The notes: a model not told the origin generated them from the letters alone. Shown: positions 17,934 through 27,851, counted from the first letter of the stretch. The stretch is DNA of 64,000 nucleotides from an uncultured Methanosarcinaceae archaeon (GCA_963721455.1 CAVRJG010000044.1:32001-96000), one strand, 5' to 3'. Numbers and translations are program-made.

Positions 17934-20121
17934 TTAGTACACCGACCAGAACCGTACCTTTCCAACTGTAACAGGCACCACGTCACTCACATCGATGGTA
18001 AAACGATACACCTTTCTGGCGACAGTAAGACGATTGGCCGGGTCGAAGAACGTCAGCTTCACATCCCAGCAATCCGAATCTGGCCTGCAGAGCAGGGCTT
18101 CGTTCCGTCTCAATATTATCCAGCGTCAGGTTCTCGATAGCCATTTGCTTAAAGATGGACGCCGGCTGGTACGCGTTTGTCCCGGCAAAATTCATTGCCC
18201 GCTCCTGTGAAGCCCGGCCCAGGTTCATTAACTCGTAATACACCCTCTCCGAGAAGTTACGAACACCTGCTTCCACTTGTGCTTTCATCTCTAAGTGTGC
18301 CGCCAGTTCTATTTCATCGTTACTTTCAGGCAACGGGCCGATCACAGCAAGTACCACTTCATGTACCAAGGCGTCTGTAGACCAGCTGCACATCCCCCTC
18401 AACTCCGGAATAATGACTGGCACCACCTGACCCGAAAGGAGTTTTACTTTTCCTGCAATGACCCCTGGAATTGACACTCTCTCAACCCCTTCGGTCTGTT
18501 GTTCCTTCAGAAATTTGCTTAGCTGCTTGTAAGTGATTGAGGCAAAACTGCCTATAGGACGGATTGCATAAACAGGATTACTCTCAATCTCGAGAGTCCA
18601 TATAAGGGACTCCGCATACTCGGGATTTTCCTCAAGGTGGGTCAGCAGTTGAGCTGGGTCGTCTGGGTTAGGCCAATCGCCCTCCATGCTCTGGACAAAA
18701 GCATCTCGCCTCGCCTCGCTCCCGAAGTCGTAACCAAGTGTGCCAAGGGCATATACCAGGGACTGTTTTCCACACGTAGAACACGCAGATGGAGGGACTT
18801 CCGAGGGCATGACAGACGGTGTAGTTGCCTCGTTTGGCATTGTTGATTCCGCCGCTTGTACATCAGATGCATGTACATGGGACCCTGTAATTCCAGTACC
18901 ATCACTTGTTTGGTCGTTAAGCTCGTTCATTTCCTCAGTCTTTGTCTGCTTTTTTGGACAACCACATGTTTTGTCTATAACTTCAGCCATATTCTTCTCC
19001 TGTATCTGGTTTTTCGTTTGTTCGTTCTTCTCTTTATCTATCGACTTTAGCTCAATAGAATCAGGATTTTCCAGAGCTTTCATTGCGTCCAAAGTAAAAT
19101 TCTGAGCCGAGGGTGTTGTTATCTCTGGATTATGTGTTGTAAACTCCGCATTCAGCACGCCAAGAACAGGCAGTCGTTTGGAAGATTCCACCAGTCCTAT
19201 GCTTGCATTTCCCTGAATTTGTTGTACCGAATTATTACTATCAGTCACAGCTAGCTGTTTCTTCGTGACAAGATTATATGCCCCTCCAATGTTGAGACGA
19301 CCTCTTAGATGGCGAGAACAATCTAAACCTTCGGATGGAAAACAAGGGTGAGCACTCTGGAGAATTGCTTCCCGCACGGTGAAAGGGTCAGTTTTGTCTC
19401 CTCTTTGTATCTGGATGCTCAACAACAAAGCAACAATACCAGAAACGATCGGAGTGGCAAAGCTGGTACCGCTTTTGGTGGTAACACCGCCACCAGGTAC
19501 AGCTCCCAGTAATTTTTCACCAAGTGCGAGAATACCATTATTTTGGTACGCCTGCCCCCAATTACTAAAGTTGAGAGGTAATCCCTGAGCATCCATTGCC
19601 CCTACCGCGAGGGTAGAGGAAATGGCGGCTGGCACATGGAGGCATTGACATCCGTCATTTCCCACAGCTGCAATGATTAAAACGCCGTTTTTGGCGCAGA
19701 GACTAACAGCCTTGTCAAGTAGAGGGTGAGGGTCGCCAGAGGAAACAAGTTGACCGCCACTGATGTTTATTACATGAGCTCCTTGTTCAACAGCTTGTGT
19801 GATGGCGTGAGCGAGATCAATCTGAGAACAGGGCGTAATTGAATCATCAGGCCCATCCGCAAAAACAGGAATGATGAGTCCACGACAGCCGGGCGAAATA
19901 CCATGGATAGGGCTGTCATGTTGGCCAAAGATTAAGCTGGCAACATGAGTTCCGTGGTGCGCACTTGGCCCATCCTCGGTAACGCCTGAAACTAAAGTCT
20001 CTAATTGGGTTATTTTGGCTTTATCGAAACAGGGATGATTTAGGTCGACCGGACCATCAAGGACTGCAATGCAAATATTGGCATCTCCTTCAGTCTGCTC
20101 CATAATCTCTGTTGCCTTCAT
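17934..20121 (-). CDS. Cyanobactin PatA-type S8 subtilisin-like leader peptidase with C-terminal PatA/PatG DUF; +1 frameshift near 18093
   Basis: IAVLDGPVD (Asp), HGTHVASLIFGQ (His), GNDGCQCLHVPAA, SGTSFATPIVSG (Ser); DUF motif LVYALGTLGYDFGSEARRDAF; frame-corrected end SPLCRPDSDCWDVKLTFFDPANRLTVARKVYRFTIDVSDVVPVTVGKVRFWSVY*. Confidence 0.92.
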
Positions 20122-20194
20122 GATAAACACCTAAAATTTTTACATTGACTGTGTAAATCTCACATCAATTTTTTGCTGTAGATTGTACTCAAAC

Positions 20195-20448
20195 AGAATA
20201 CGCAGATAAAAATAGGTTATCCAGATAACGTATGTGTAGGATACACATATCCTTTTAAAATGCAGATGAAAAAAGTAATGAATTTAGTCTCATAGTAATT
20301 TTTTACTGGGTACTGTGATAGAATAAAATACTTAAGTACAAATAAGTAATGCAGATAATGTACATTTAGTATGCGTATAATTCGCTTGATATACGTATTG
20401 AAAGAATAACGAGTTTAAGAAGAAAGATGAAATTACAGAAGATAATAT
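20195..20448. promoter_or_regulatory. Divergent promoter region, copy 1 (duplicate of 22372-22624)
   Basis: Shares AAAAATAGGTTATCCAGATAACGTATGTG and paired TATRCGYAT boxes (20370, 20390) with copy 2. Confidence 0.7.
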
Positions 20449-21017
20449 TTGAATACCCGCCGAATTTCTACCACAATCTCGCAGAAACATTGGGAACTAT
20501 TAAAAAAAACACTCCGAAAAATATGAAACATAGCAAAAAGCCCTGGAACTTGCACTGGAAAATCTGGAAAAATAGCTCAAGAATGATTCCATAATTAACC
20601 CTGGAAGAAAAATATTGGATACGCCTTAAACCGGCAAAATCACTGGTTATCATCGAAAAAACTGCCTTTAAATATCTAATAGAAACTACTGATATTGAGC
20701 TGTTAGAGGAGCTTTTTCTCAGGGATAAAACCATAGAATATACAATAGAGCTCTACTTTCAAAAGTCTCTTAAGGAATGTAATCTAAAAGAAGTTATAGA
20801 TGGGCTAGTCATCAATCTCAAAATAACTAACTGGGTTGATACTATAGATTATACAGATTATGGCAGCCATTATAAGCTGATAATAACCTATGATCTTGGC
20901 ATTAGTTTTGCCAAACTAGTTACAATATGGATTGAAAACATGTTTACAGCTTATGGGGTCAAGACGGATAGCACATATTCTACAAAGACGATTTTCATGA
21001 AAATACTTAAAAATTAG
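20449..21017 (+). pseudogene. Pseudogenised paralog of the putative regulator at 22625-23191
   Basis: Colinear with 22625-23191 but with two +1 slips in A-runs and two nonsense changes (CAG>TAG, GAA>TAA). Confidence 0.88.
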
Positions 21018-21030
21018 CAATTGGTAACCT

Positions 21031-21347
21031 CAGTACTTCTCTAAATTTGAGTTCCTTGGATCTATGAAAGTTTCCGATAGCATTATATGCGGTAAAAACG
21101 TCACCTTATATTATTTCTACCATACAATTCACGGAGCGATTCTAAACTCGAATTAAGACCAAAAGAGTGTATTAATACTGTTCTAAAACCTCTAACTGAT
21201 AATATCAGCATCCAGATCAATGGTTCACTTACCTATAAAGATCTGCTTTATACCGTCGTATGCATGGCAGTAAACAATAGTTCGGTTCATTCAATTTCAA
21301 AACACTATCAAGAGATTCCATGTGAAACCTCAATAAGATATCATCTT
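21031..21347 (+). mobile_element. Truncated ISH3-like element (left end plus transposase N-terminus)
   Basis: CAGTACTT-type end; translation SKLELRPKECINTVLKPLTDNISIQINGSLTYKDLLYTVVCMAVNNSSVHSISKHYQEIPCETSIRYHL, cut by a MITE. Confidence 0.65.
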
Positions 21348-21475
21348 GAGCTTATCCCAAAACCCAAAATTTGCTTCTTTAGTCTCATATTTTAAGCAAC
21401 CAAGAGCTTCTGATTATGGAAGCAATCCTGAATAATTCTGAGAATTGAGATTAAAATGAATTTTGGGATAAGCTC
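21348..21475. mobile_element. 128-bp MITE
   Basis: Perfect 15-bp TIR GAGCTTATCCCAAAA ... TTTTGGGATAAGCTC. Confidence 0.85.
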
Positions 21476-21529
21476 ATATGTTGTATAGGTTATTCCGTAA
21501 CAGGCTTAAAATATTGTAAAACCACTTAC

Positions 21530-22306
21530 TCATTGATTTATTTTGACTGCACAATCTATGATCTCTGCACTTTCTTTATTCCATAGTTGTACATGAATGA
21601 ATTGGATTGAATCCTGACATTTTTCAGCACCATAGAATGTGAAAACTCTTGTTCCAGGTTTACCCGGTATTGGGTATTCAGGAGGTATATAATAAGATTC
21701 TATGAGCCAGAGAGAATCTGGTTTGTGACCAATAACCCAAGAATAACCAGTTGATCCACCATTGTCTTCTAGTTCAACTTTTGTCCTCTCACCAACTTTA
21801 ATATTTATATCACTAATTTTTGTATTAGTCATTTCCATTTTTTGTGTGTTACTTAAAAGTTCCTTGAATTTGTGGCAACCACCAACACCAGTATTTGCAC
21901 CGATAAAAACTTCATTCCCAAAAGTTAGCCTAAAATGCCAATATGGTTCATTGCAATCGGGTACCAATGGCCAAGAGAGTTTAACATCTACAAACGTATC
22001 CCCACAATCTCTTTTATTTAGAATTTTGATTGCTTCCTCAATGTCAATTTTGTAAGAAGGAATAATCCTTATCCCAAGAGGACATTGTATTTGTACCGGC
22101 TGTGTCATCCCTATATTTGGAGGTTGAGCTACATAAAATGAAAAGCAAGTTCCATCTTCTGCACGGACTATGCAATCCCAACCTAAAATATCTCCCACTT
22201 CTCTGCCCTTTCCATTATTGATACGAGCTTTTTTAAACAGAAGTCCTGCCATTGATTTACCATTTAAAGAAGTTGATACTTTGTTTAATAAATCTTTGAG
22301 ATCCAT
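21530..22306 (-). CDS. Cys-rich N-terminal domain fused to a chagasin-like (I42) protease inhibitor domain
   Basis: C-terminal VELEDNGGSTGYSW...PGKPGTRVFTF...QLWN matches the chagasin NPTTGYxW / GxGG / RPW loop pattern. Confidence 0.72.
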   Translation of the reverse strand: MDLKDLLNKVSTSLNGKSMAGLLFKKARINNGKGREVGDILGWDCIVRAEDGTCFSFYVAQPPNIGMTQPVQIQCPLGIRIIPSYKIDIEEAIKILNKRDCGDTFVDVKLSWPLVPDCNEPYWHFRLTFGNEVFIGANTGVGGCHKFKELLSNTQKMEMTNTKISDINIKVGERTKVELEDNGGSTGYSWVIGHKPDSLWLIESYYIPPEYPIPGKPGTRVFTFYGAEKCQDSIQFIHVQLWNKESAEIIDCAVKINQ

Positions 22307-22371
22307 CTTTTTATCACCTATTCTCTGAATTGAGAGTTGTCATGTCAAAATGTCATAACATGTGCTAAAAT

Positions 22372-22624
22372 AGAATACGCAGGTAAAAATAGGTTATCCA
22401 GATAACGTATGTGCAGACTGCACATGATTCGTTTAATTTGTGGATGGAAAAGTAAGAGTTTAGTCCCACAGTAATTCTTTACTGTTAGCTGTGCTAGAAT
22501 AAAATACGTAAGTAAAAATAGGTGATCCATATTAAGTATACATGGTATGCGCATAATTCGTTTAATATGCGCATGGAAAATTAATGAGTATATAACGAGG
22601 AATTAAATTATTGGATGTATTGTT
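22372..22624. promoter_or_regulatory. Divergent promoter region, copy 2, with palindromic TATGCGCAT(A) boxes
   Basis: Boxes at 22546-22555 and 22566-22574, 20 bp apart. Confidence 0.7.
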
Positions 22625-23191
22625 TTGAATACCCATCGCATTTCTACCACAATCTCGCAGAAACACTGGGAACTATTAAAAAAGCACTCCGAAAAATTTG
22701 AAACACAGCAAAAAACTCTGGAATTTGCACTGGAAAGTCTGGAAAACAGCTCAAAACAGAGTCCAGAATTAACCCTAGAAGATAAATATTGGATACGCCT
22801 TAGACCGGCAAAATCACTGGTTATCATTGAAAAAACTGCCTTTAAATCGTTAATAGAAACCGCTGATATTGAACTATTAAGTGAGCTTTTTGTCCGGAAC
22901 AAAATCATAGAATATACGATAGAGTTCTACTTTCAGAAATCTCTTGAAGAATGTAATCTTAACGAAGTTATAGATGGTCTGGTTATTAACCTCAAGATAA
23001 CTAACTGGGTTGATACTGTAGATTACACAGATTATGGCGGCTATTACAAGCTGGTAATAACCCACGACCTTGGCTTTACTTTTGCCAAACTACTTACAAT
23101 ATGGATTGACAATATGTTTAAAACTCATGGAGTCAAGGTAGAGAGTATATATTCCATAAAAACGATCTTCACGAAAATATTTAAAAGCTAA
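22625..23191 (+). CDS. Putative transcriptional regulator (N-terminal ribbon-helix-helix-like segment)
   Basis: HRISTTISQKHWELLKKHSEKFETQQKTLEFALESL strand-helix-helix pattern; divergent from its cargo gene. Confidence 0.55.
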   Translation: MNTHRISTTISQKHWELLKKHSEKFETQQKTLEFALESLENSSKQSPELTLEDKYWIRLRPAKSLVIIEKTAFKSLIETADIELLSELFVRNKIIEYTIEFYFQKSLEECNLNEVIDGLVINLKITNWVDTVDYTDYGGYYKLVITHDLGFTFAKLLTIWIDNMFKTHGVKVESIYSIKTIFTKIFKS

Positions 23192-23329
23192 TAATTAATA
23201 CTCCTAAATCTACTTATCTGAGGGGAATCAATTTAATGATTTACTATGTTTTGAGTCCAACTACAAAACCTAAATAAAGATCAAAAAAGATGCTAAAAGA
23301 ATTGTGAAAAAAAGATATAAAAAGAAAAG

Positions 23330-23404
23330 TGCTCCGATGGGGATTTGAACCCCAGTCGCAGGAGTGAGAGTCCTGAATGATTGGCCGAGCTACACTATCG
23401 GAGC
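23330..23404 (-). tRNA. tRNA-Glu(CTC)
   Basis: GCTCCGA...TCGGAGCA; anticodon arm CAGGA-CTCTCAC-TCCTG. Confidence 0.95.
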
Positions 23405-23596
23405 ATGTTGTTATTATGCTTTGTCTCTCAGGCAGCATACCTTCAAGTAATTTATAAAATATAAACCTTTCGTCTCATTTGTGAAAAAAGTAAAAATAGA
23501 AAAGTTGCCGGGAGAACTTTTGTTCCTATCCGGCACAACTGAAGGAAAGTTCTCATTCAGCTTGAAGGAGGCCTCCCGTTTCAGCTTCAGGACCTG

Positions 23597-24838
23597 TTAT
23601 ACGAACATGGCCTGAGGAATTGAGGATTCCTGAACGTTTACGACCTTTTCATAGGCTTTCAGGAAGTCTGCCATGGTGATCTGTTTGCCGCGCCTGCGCA
23701 GCACGAAGATTCCGGCTTCTTTGGTAATGACACTAATCTCTGCCCCGCTCATACCATTCATGACTTTTGCGAGTTTCTCAAAATCCACATCATCGGAAAG
23801 GTTCATCTTGCGGGTATGGATCTTAAGAATTTCAACCCTGCCCCCCTCATCAGGAAGCGGAATTTCAATGGACCGGTCAAACCTGCCAGGCCTCATGAGA
23901 GCAGGATCAAGAAGGTCAATCCTGTTGGTTGCAGCAACCACTTTTACATTGCCTTTGGGATCAAAGCCGTCCATCTCCGCAAGGAGCTGAAGCATTGTCC
24001 TGTTTACCTCTGCCGAACCACTGGTCCCGTCATAAGTCCTCATGCTGCCAACAGCATCGATTTCATCTATAAAGAGGATACTTGGGGACTTGTCCCTGGC
24101 AAGCTGGAAAATATCCTTAACAAGCCTTGAGCCCTCACCTACGAACTTCTGGACAAGATCAGAGCCTGACATTCGGATGAAAGTTGCTTTTGCCTGAGAG
24201 GCTATAGCCTTTGCAATCAGGGTCTTGCCCGTACCCGGAGCACCGTGAAGCAGGACACCTGAGGGGGGTTCGATTCCCAGATCCTCGAAAAGTTCGGGTT
24301 CTGTAAGCGGCAATTCGACGCTTTCCCGAACTTCCTGGAGTACCTCGTCAAGCCCTCCAATCATGCTATAGTCTACACCGGGAGAGTTAATGAGTTCCAT
24401 AACCTGAGCCCGAACATCGGCAGCCCTGCTAACTATGGAGATAATTGAGTAAGCCCCGTTTACAGCCACCCTCATTCCGGGCTCGATCTTTCCGAGGCAC
24501 TCCTCAGGGATCTGGGTGAGAACTTCCTGGTTATTTCCGTGCTGCCTGATAAGAGCAATTTCCCCATTCACCTCAAGAATAGTTGCAATAAAGAGAGGGG
24601 GCTCGGTAAGCTGCTCCAGATGAGCTTTTAATTTACTGATTTCCTGAAGGTGCCTGCCTGTTGCTACGCTTGCTTCAAGGAGCCGGGCCTTCATGTTCTC
24701 ATTCTGGACTTTCATGATTTCTATTTCGGTTAAGAGAGACTTCACGTCTTCAGCATTGATCTCCCCGCACTCAAGCTGATATTCTATCCTTGTTTTGATA
24801 TCTTCCATGGAAGATCTTATTGCACCGTCTTCTGACAT
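23597..24838 (-). CDS. pan: Proteasome-activating nucleotidase
   Basis: Coiled coil, GAPGTGKT, FIDEIDA, RPGRFDR; C-terminal MFV. Confidence 0.95.
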   Translation of the reverse strand: MSEDGAIRSSMEDIKTRIEYQLECGEINAEDVKSLLTEIEIMKVQNENMKARLLEASVATGRHLQEISKLKAHLEQLTEPPLFIATILEVNGEIALIRQHGNNQEVLTQIPEECLGKIEPGMRVAVNGAYSIISIVSRAADVRAQVMELINSPGVDYSMIGGLDEVLQEVRESVELPLTEPELFEDLGIEPPSGVLLHGAPGTGKTLIAKAIASQAKATFIRMSGSDLVQKFVGEGSRLVKDIFQLARDKSPSILFIDEIDAVGSMRTYDGTSGSAEVNRTMLQLLAEMDGFDPKGNVKVVAATNRIDLLDPALMRPGRFDRSIEIPLPDEGGRVEILKIHTRKMNLSDDVDFEKLAKVMNGMSGAEISVITKEAGIFVLRRRGKQITMADFLKAYEKVVNVQESSIPQAMFV

Positions 24839-25703
24839 TTGAAAACACCTTTTTTGTCGTATAAAATTGATTTCATATCACAATTTGGAGGTTAATTTAC
24901 TTAGGAATCATTTTTGTGGATCAGTTGATTTAAAGGTAAATTTGCTTGCGAATTTATTGCTTTGCAGGTTATTAGGTAGTGATTAATCAAGCTTCAAGCG
25001 TTTGATCTGTGGATCGGTTATCAGGTTATTTATGCATCTCAGGGATTTATTATATCCCTGGCTTTTACAAAAGAATAAAAGCCTGAAAACGGGAAATCAG
25101 GAAAAGAACGATCCTTTTCATAAAATCACCCGTACAGGATAACTCACACATATCAAAGGTTAAAATGCCATTTAAAAGATTCTCTTATCATTTTAACAAC
25201 ATATATTAAAATGTCGTGAATTAATATACATATACAAATATAAAAGAGGCATATATAAGTTCCTGCAACACCTGCGGCCCATTTTTAACCTCTATTAGAT
25301 TGCTTTCTGATACCCACCTATATTATATCGATTTTTTGTATACTTCCAGACATCGTATTTCCTTATTTATATTGTGCACAACTACCGATTCTCCGGCTTC
25401 CGGCAAATCTCCCCGGAAGAAACCGGAAGACATAAAAAACAAATTACACCGGACTCAAACGCAGCACTGACCGGAGAAGGCAAGAGCAGATAAGCTTTTT
25501 CCCACATCGAAAGGAAAATTTGGCCGGAAGGGGTCAACCCCGTATAAATCGATAAAGACAACCGCAAATTCCCTTTTTTGAGAGGCAGTCACTGGACACT
25601 TTATATATAATTTGCCAATTTAGATAAAAATCGGACTAAAGACATCACATACGTAAGAAATCAAAAGAATATATTTAATAATAAAAGCATTATATCATCC
25701 CAC

Positions 25704-25949
25704 ATGCGTATATGTGAAGATTTTCTAAGAGTAGGCGCAACAGTCACATTTATCGGCTTCATCATACTATTATTAGGTGTAATTCTTACGACATTACAGC
25801 ATCCTGCAAGCAGCCAGATGGGCGGATTAATTATGCTAGGCCCAATCCCGATAGCTTTCGGTTCCTCTCCTGAGATTACAACAAACATGCTGGGGATTGG
25901 ATTATTAGTAACGATTCTTTATTTATTCCTGTGGAAAACGAAACGTTGA
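25704..25949 (+). CDS. DUF131 / TIGR00304-like small membrane protein
   Basis: GGLIMLGPIPIAFGS motif. Confidence 0.75.
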   Translation: MRICEDFLRVGATVTFIGFIILLLGVILTTLQHPASSQMGGLIMLGPIPIAFGSSPEITTNMLGIGLLVTILYLFLWKTKR

Positions 25950-26305
25950 TCGGAAGTATGCTTTTTTTGATTGGAATTTTCACAATACTCATCGGATTTT
26001 TGCTAATTATAACCGGCATAGCTCTAAGCATGTTCCAGGACTCCGAATCAAGGCAGAACCACTCAAAAAGAGCGGACCCATTCGGAAGAGAAGCAGATTT
26101 TGAAAATACCCCGGATTTCGAGAAGCTATCCCATGAGAAGCCTCCTGGAAAAGCTGAATCAAAAATCAAGGCTGGAGGAGTAATTATGCTCGGCCCGATC
26201 CCCATCATCTTCGGAAGCGATAAAGAAAGTGCAAAAACCGCAGCAATCCTCGCAATAATACTCATGCTTCTTAGCCTGCTGATTTTCAGAGGCTCATTCT
26301 TCTAA
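25931..26305 (+). CDS. DUF131 / TIGR00304-like membrane protein
   Basis: GGVIMLGPIPIIFGS motif. Confidence 0.78.
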   Translation: MENETLIGSMLFLIGIFTILIGFLLIITGIALSMFQDSESRQNHSKRADPFGREADFENTPDFEKLSHEKPPGKAESKIKAGGVIMLGPIPIIFGSDKESAKTAAILAIILMLLSLLIFRGSFF

Positions 26306-26417
26306 ATTCCGCTGCTGTTTTCTCTGCTTGCGGCCACGGAAAAAACCCACCGCCGGGAAGAAATTGTGCCCCTATTTCTATATTCTATATTACACTGAAA
26401 AACGATGACTTTAAAAA

Positions 26418-26535
26418 TTAGTCCTCTTGAGCGAAGCGAAAAGGACAGCGTACTCCCGAGGCGCAATTCGGGCGAGGCGCAATTCGGGCGAGGCGCAATT
26501 CGGGAAGCGAAATTCGGGCGAGGCGCAATTCGGAC
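26418..26535. repeat. Dispersed repeat with an internal tandem array of CGAGGCGCAATTCGGG (about 5 units)
   Basis: Visible 14-16-bp palindromic units at 26457-26533. Confidence 0.85.
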
Positions 26536-26576
26536 AAACAAAAAGTTATTAACGGTTAAGCCCGAATCAGAGCTTT

Positions 26577-27851
26577 ATGTTTACGATAATCACAGGCGCG
26601 CAGTTCGGTGACGAGGGAAAAGGCAAGATTGTCGACCTTCTGGCAAAAGATTATGACATTGTTGCCCGTTTCCAGGGAGGGAACAACGCAGGCCATACGG
26701 TAAGGGTAGGAGACGAGGTTTACAAACTGCACCTGATCCCTTCAGGTATTCTGCTTGATGCCAGAGTTCTGATCGGGCCTGGGGTTGTCCTGAACCCTGA
26801 AGTTCTGGCCGAAGAAATTACAATGTTTGAGAATCACGGCATAAAAGTAAACGCCGGAAAGCTTGGCGTAGATGCGAAGACAAGCATCATTATGCCGTAC
26901 CACATCGAAATGGACGGGCTAAGGGAAGCATCCAGGGAAAAGAAAATAGGGACCACAAAACGCGGAATAGGCTATGCTTACATCGATAAGGTAGCAAGAG
27001 ATGAAATCCGCATGGCTGAACTTGTGGACAGTGAACGCTTCCTTGCAAGACTTGAGGAGCTTGCCCCCCAGAAGGAAAAGGAAATAGCGGCAATGGGAGG
27101 AGATCCGAAAATCGTCAGAGACCCTGCCCTTATAGAGAGATATATCGAACTCGGCAGGCAGTTTGCTGCTTATATAACAGACGTTTCCAGGGAAATCAAC
27201 AAAGCCCTCGATGAAGATAAACATGTAATGGCTGAAGCTGCCCAGGGAACCCACCTCGATGTTATACATGGAACCCAGAAATTCGTGACATCTTCTTCTA
27301 CAATCGCAGGCTCTGCCTGTGCAAACCTTGGAGTGGGCCCAACGAGAGTGGACAATGTAATAGCCATAGTGAAGGCTTACATTACAAGAGTCGGTGAGGG
27401 CCCGCTTCCTACAGAGCTTACAGGAGAACTGGGAGAAAGGATACAGAAAGCAGGGGGAGAATTCGGGACAACTACCGGCAGGAGCAGGAGATGTGGGTGG
27501 TTCGATCTGCCTCTCCTGAAAAAATCCATTGCTCTTAACGGGTATACGGAAATTTCCCTGACCAAACTGGATGTACTGACAGGCCTTGACCCGATCCGGA
27601 TCTGCGTCTGCTACAGATATAAGGGAGAAAATGTAGAATATCCCCCGGAACTTACTGAGGATCTCTCTGAATGCACGCCTGTTTACGAAGCCCTTCCTGG
27701 CTGGGAAAGTGACCTTACCGAGGTAAAAGCCTTTGAGGAGCTTCCGGAAAACGCCAGAAACTATGTCAAAAGGTTAGAAGAATTGATGAAAGTGCCTATC
27801 AATTATATTTCAGTAGGTCCGGGCAGGGCACAAACCTTTAAAAAAGAATAA
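26577..27851 (+). CDS. purA: Adenylosuccinate synthetase
   Basis: QFGDEGKGK, GGNNAGHT, GTTTGRSRRCGW. Confidence 0.97.
   Translation: MFTIITGAQFGDEGKGKIVDLLAKDYDIVARFQGGNNAGHTVRVGDEVYKLHLIPSGILLDARVLIGPGVVLNPEVLAEEITMFENHGIKVNAGKLGVDAKTSIIMPYHIEMDGLREASREKKIGTTKRGIGYAYIDKVARDEIRMAELVDSERFLARLEELAPQKEKEIAAMGGDPKIVRDPALIERYIELGRQFAAYITDVSREINKALDEDKHVMAEAAQGTHLDVIHGTQKFVTSSSTIAGSACANLGVGPTRVDNVIAIVKAYITRVGEGPLPTELTGELGERIQKAGGEFGTTTGRSRRCGWFDLPLLKKSIALNGYTEISLTKLDVLTGLDPIRICVCYRYKGENVEYPPELTEDLSECTPVYEALPGWESDLTEVKAFEELPENARNYVKRLEELMKVPINYISVGPGRAQTFKKE

Noticed and set aside
17786-17986. 66-aa ORF downstream of the protease
   Set aside because: It overlaps the frame-corrected PatA C-terminus and a strong hairpin, and has no recognisable motif or RBS.
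17983-20130. Calling the protease a PatG macrocyclase
   Set aside because: The protease domain is N-terminal with no oxidase domain, I see no capping-helix insertion, and the precursors have no AYDG/SYD follower; the architecture is PatA-like.
26457-26533. Mini-CRISPR or coding repeat (ORFs 26302-26541 and 26405-26611)
   Set aside because: Tandem units without unique spacers; the ORFs are translations of the repeat.
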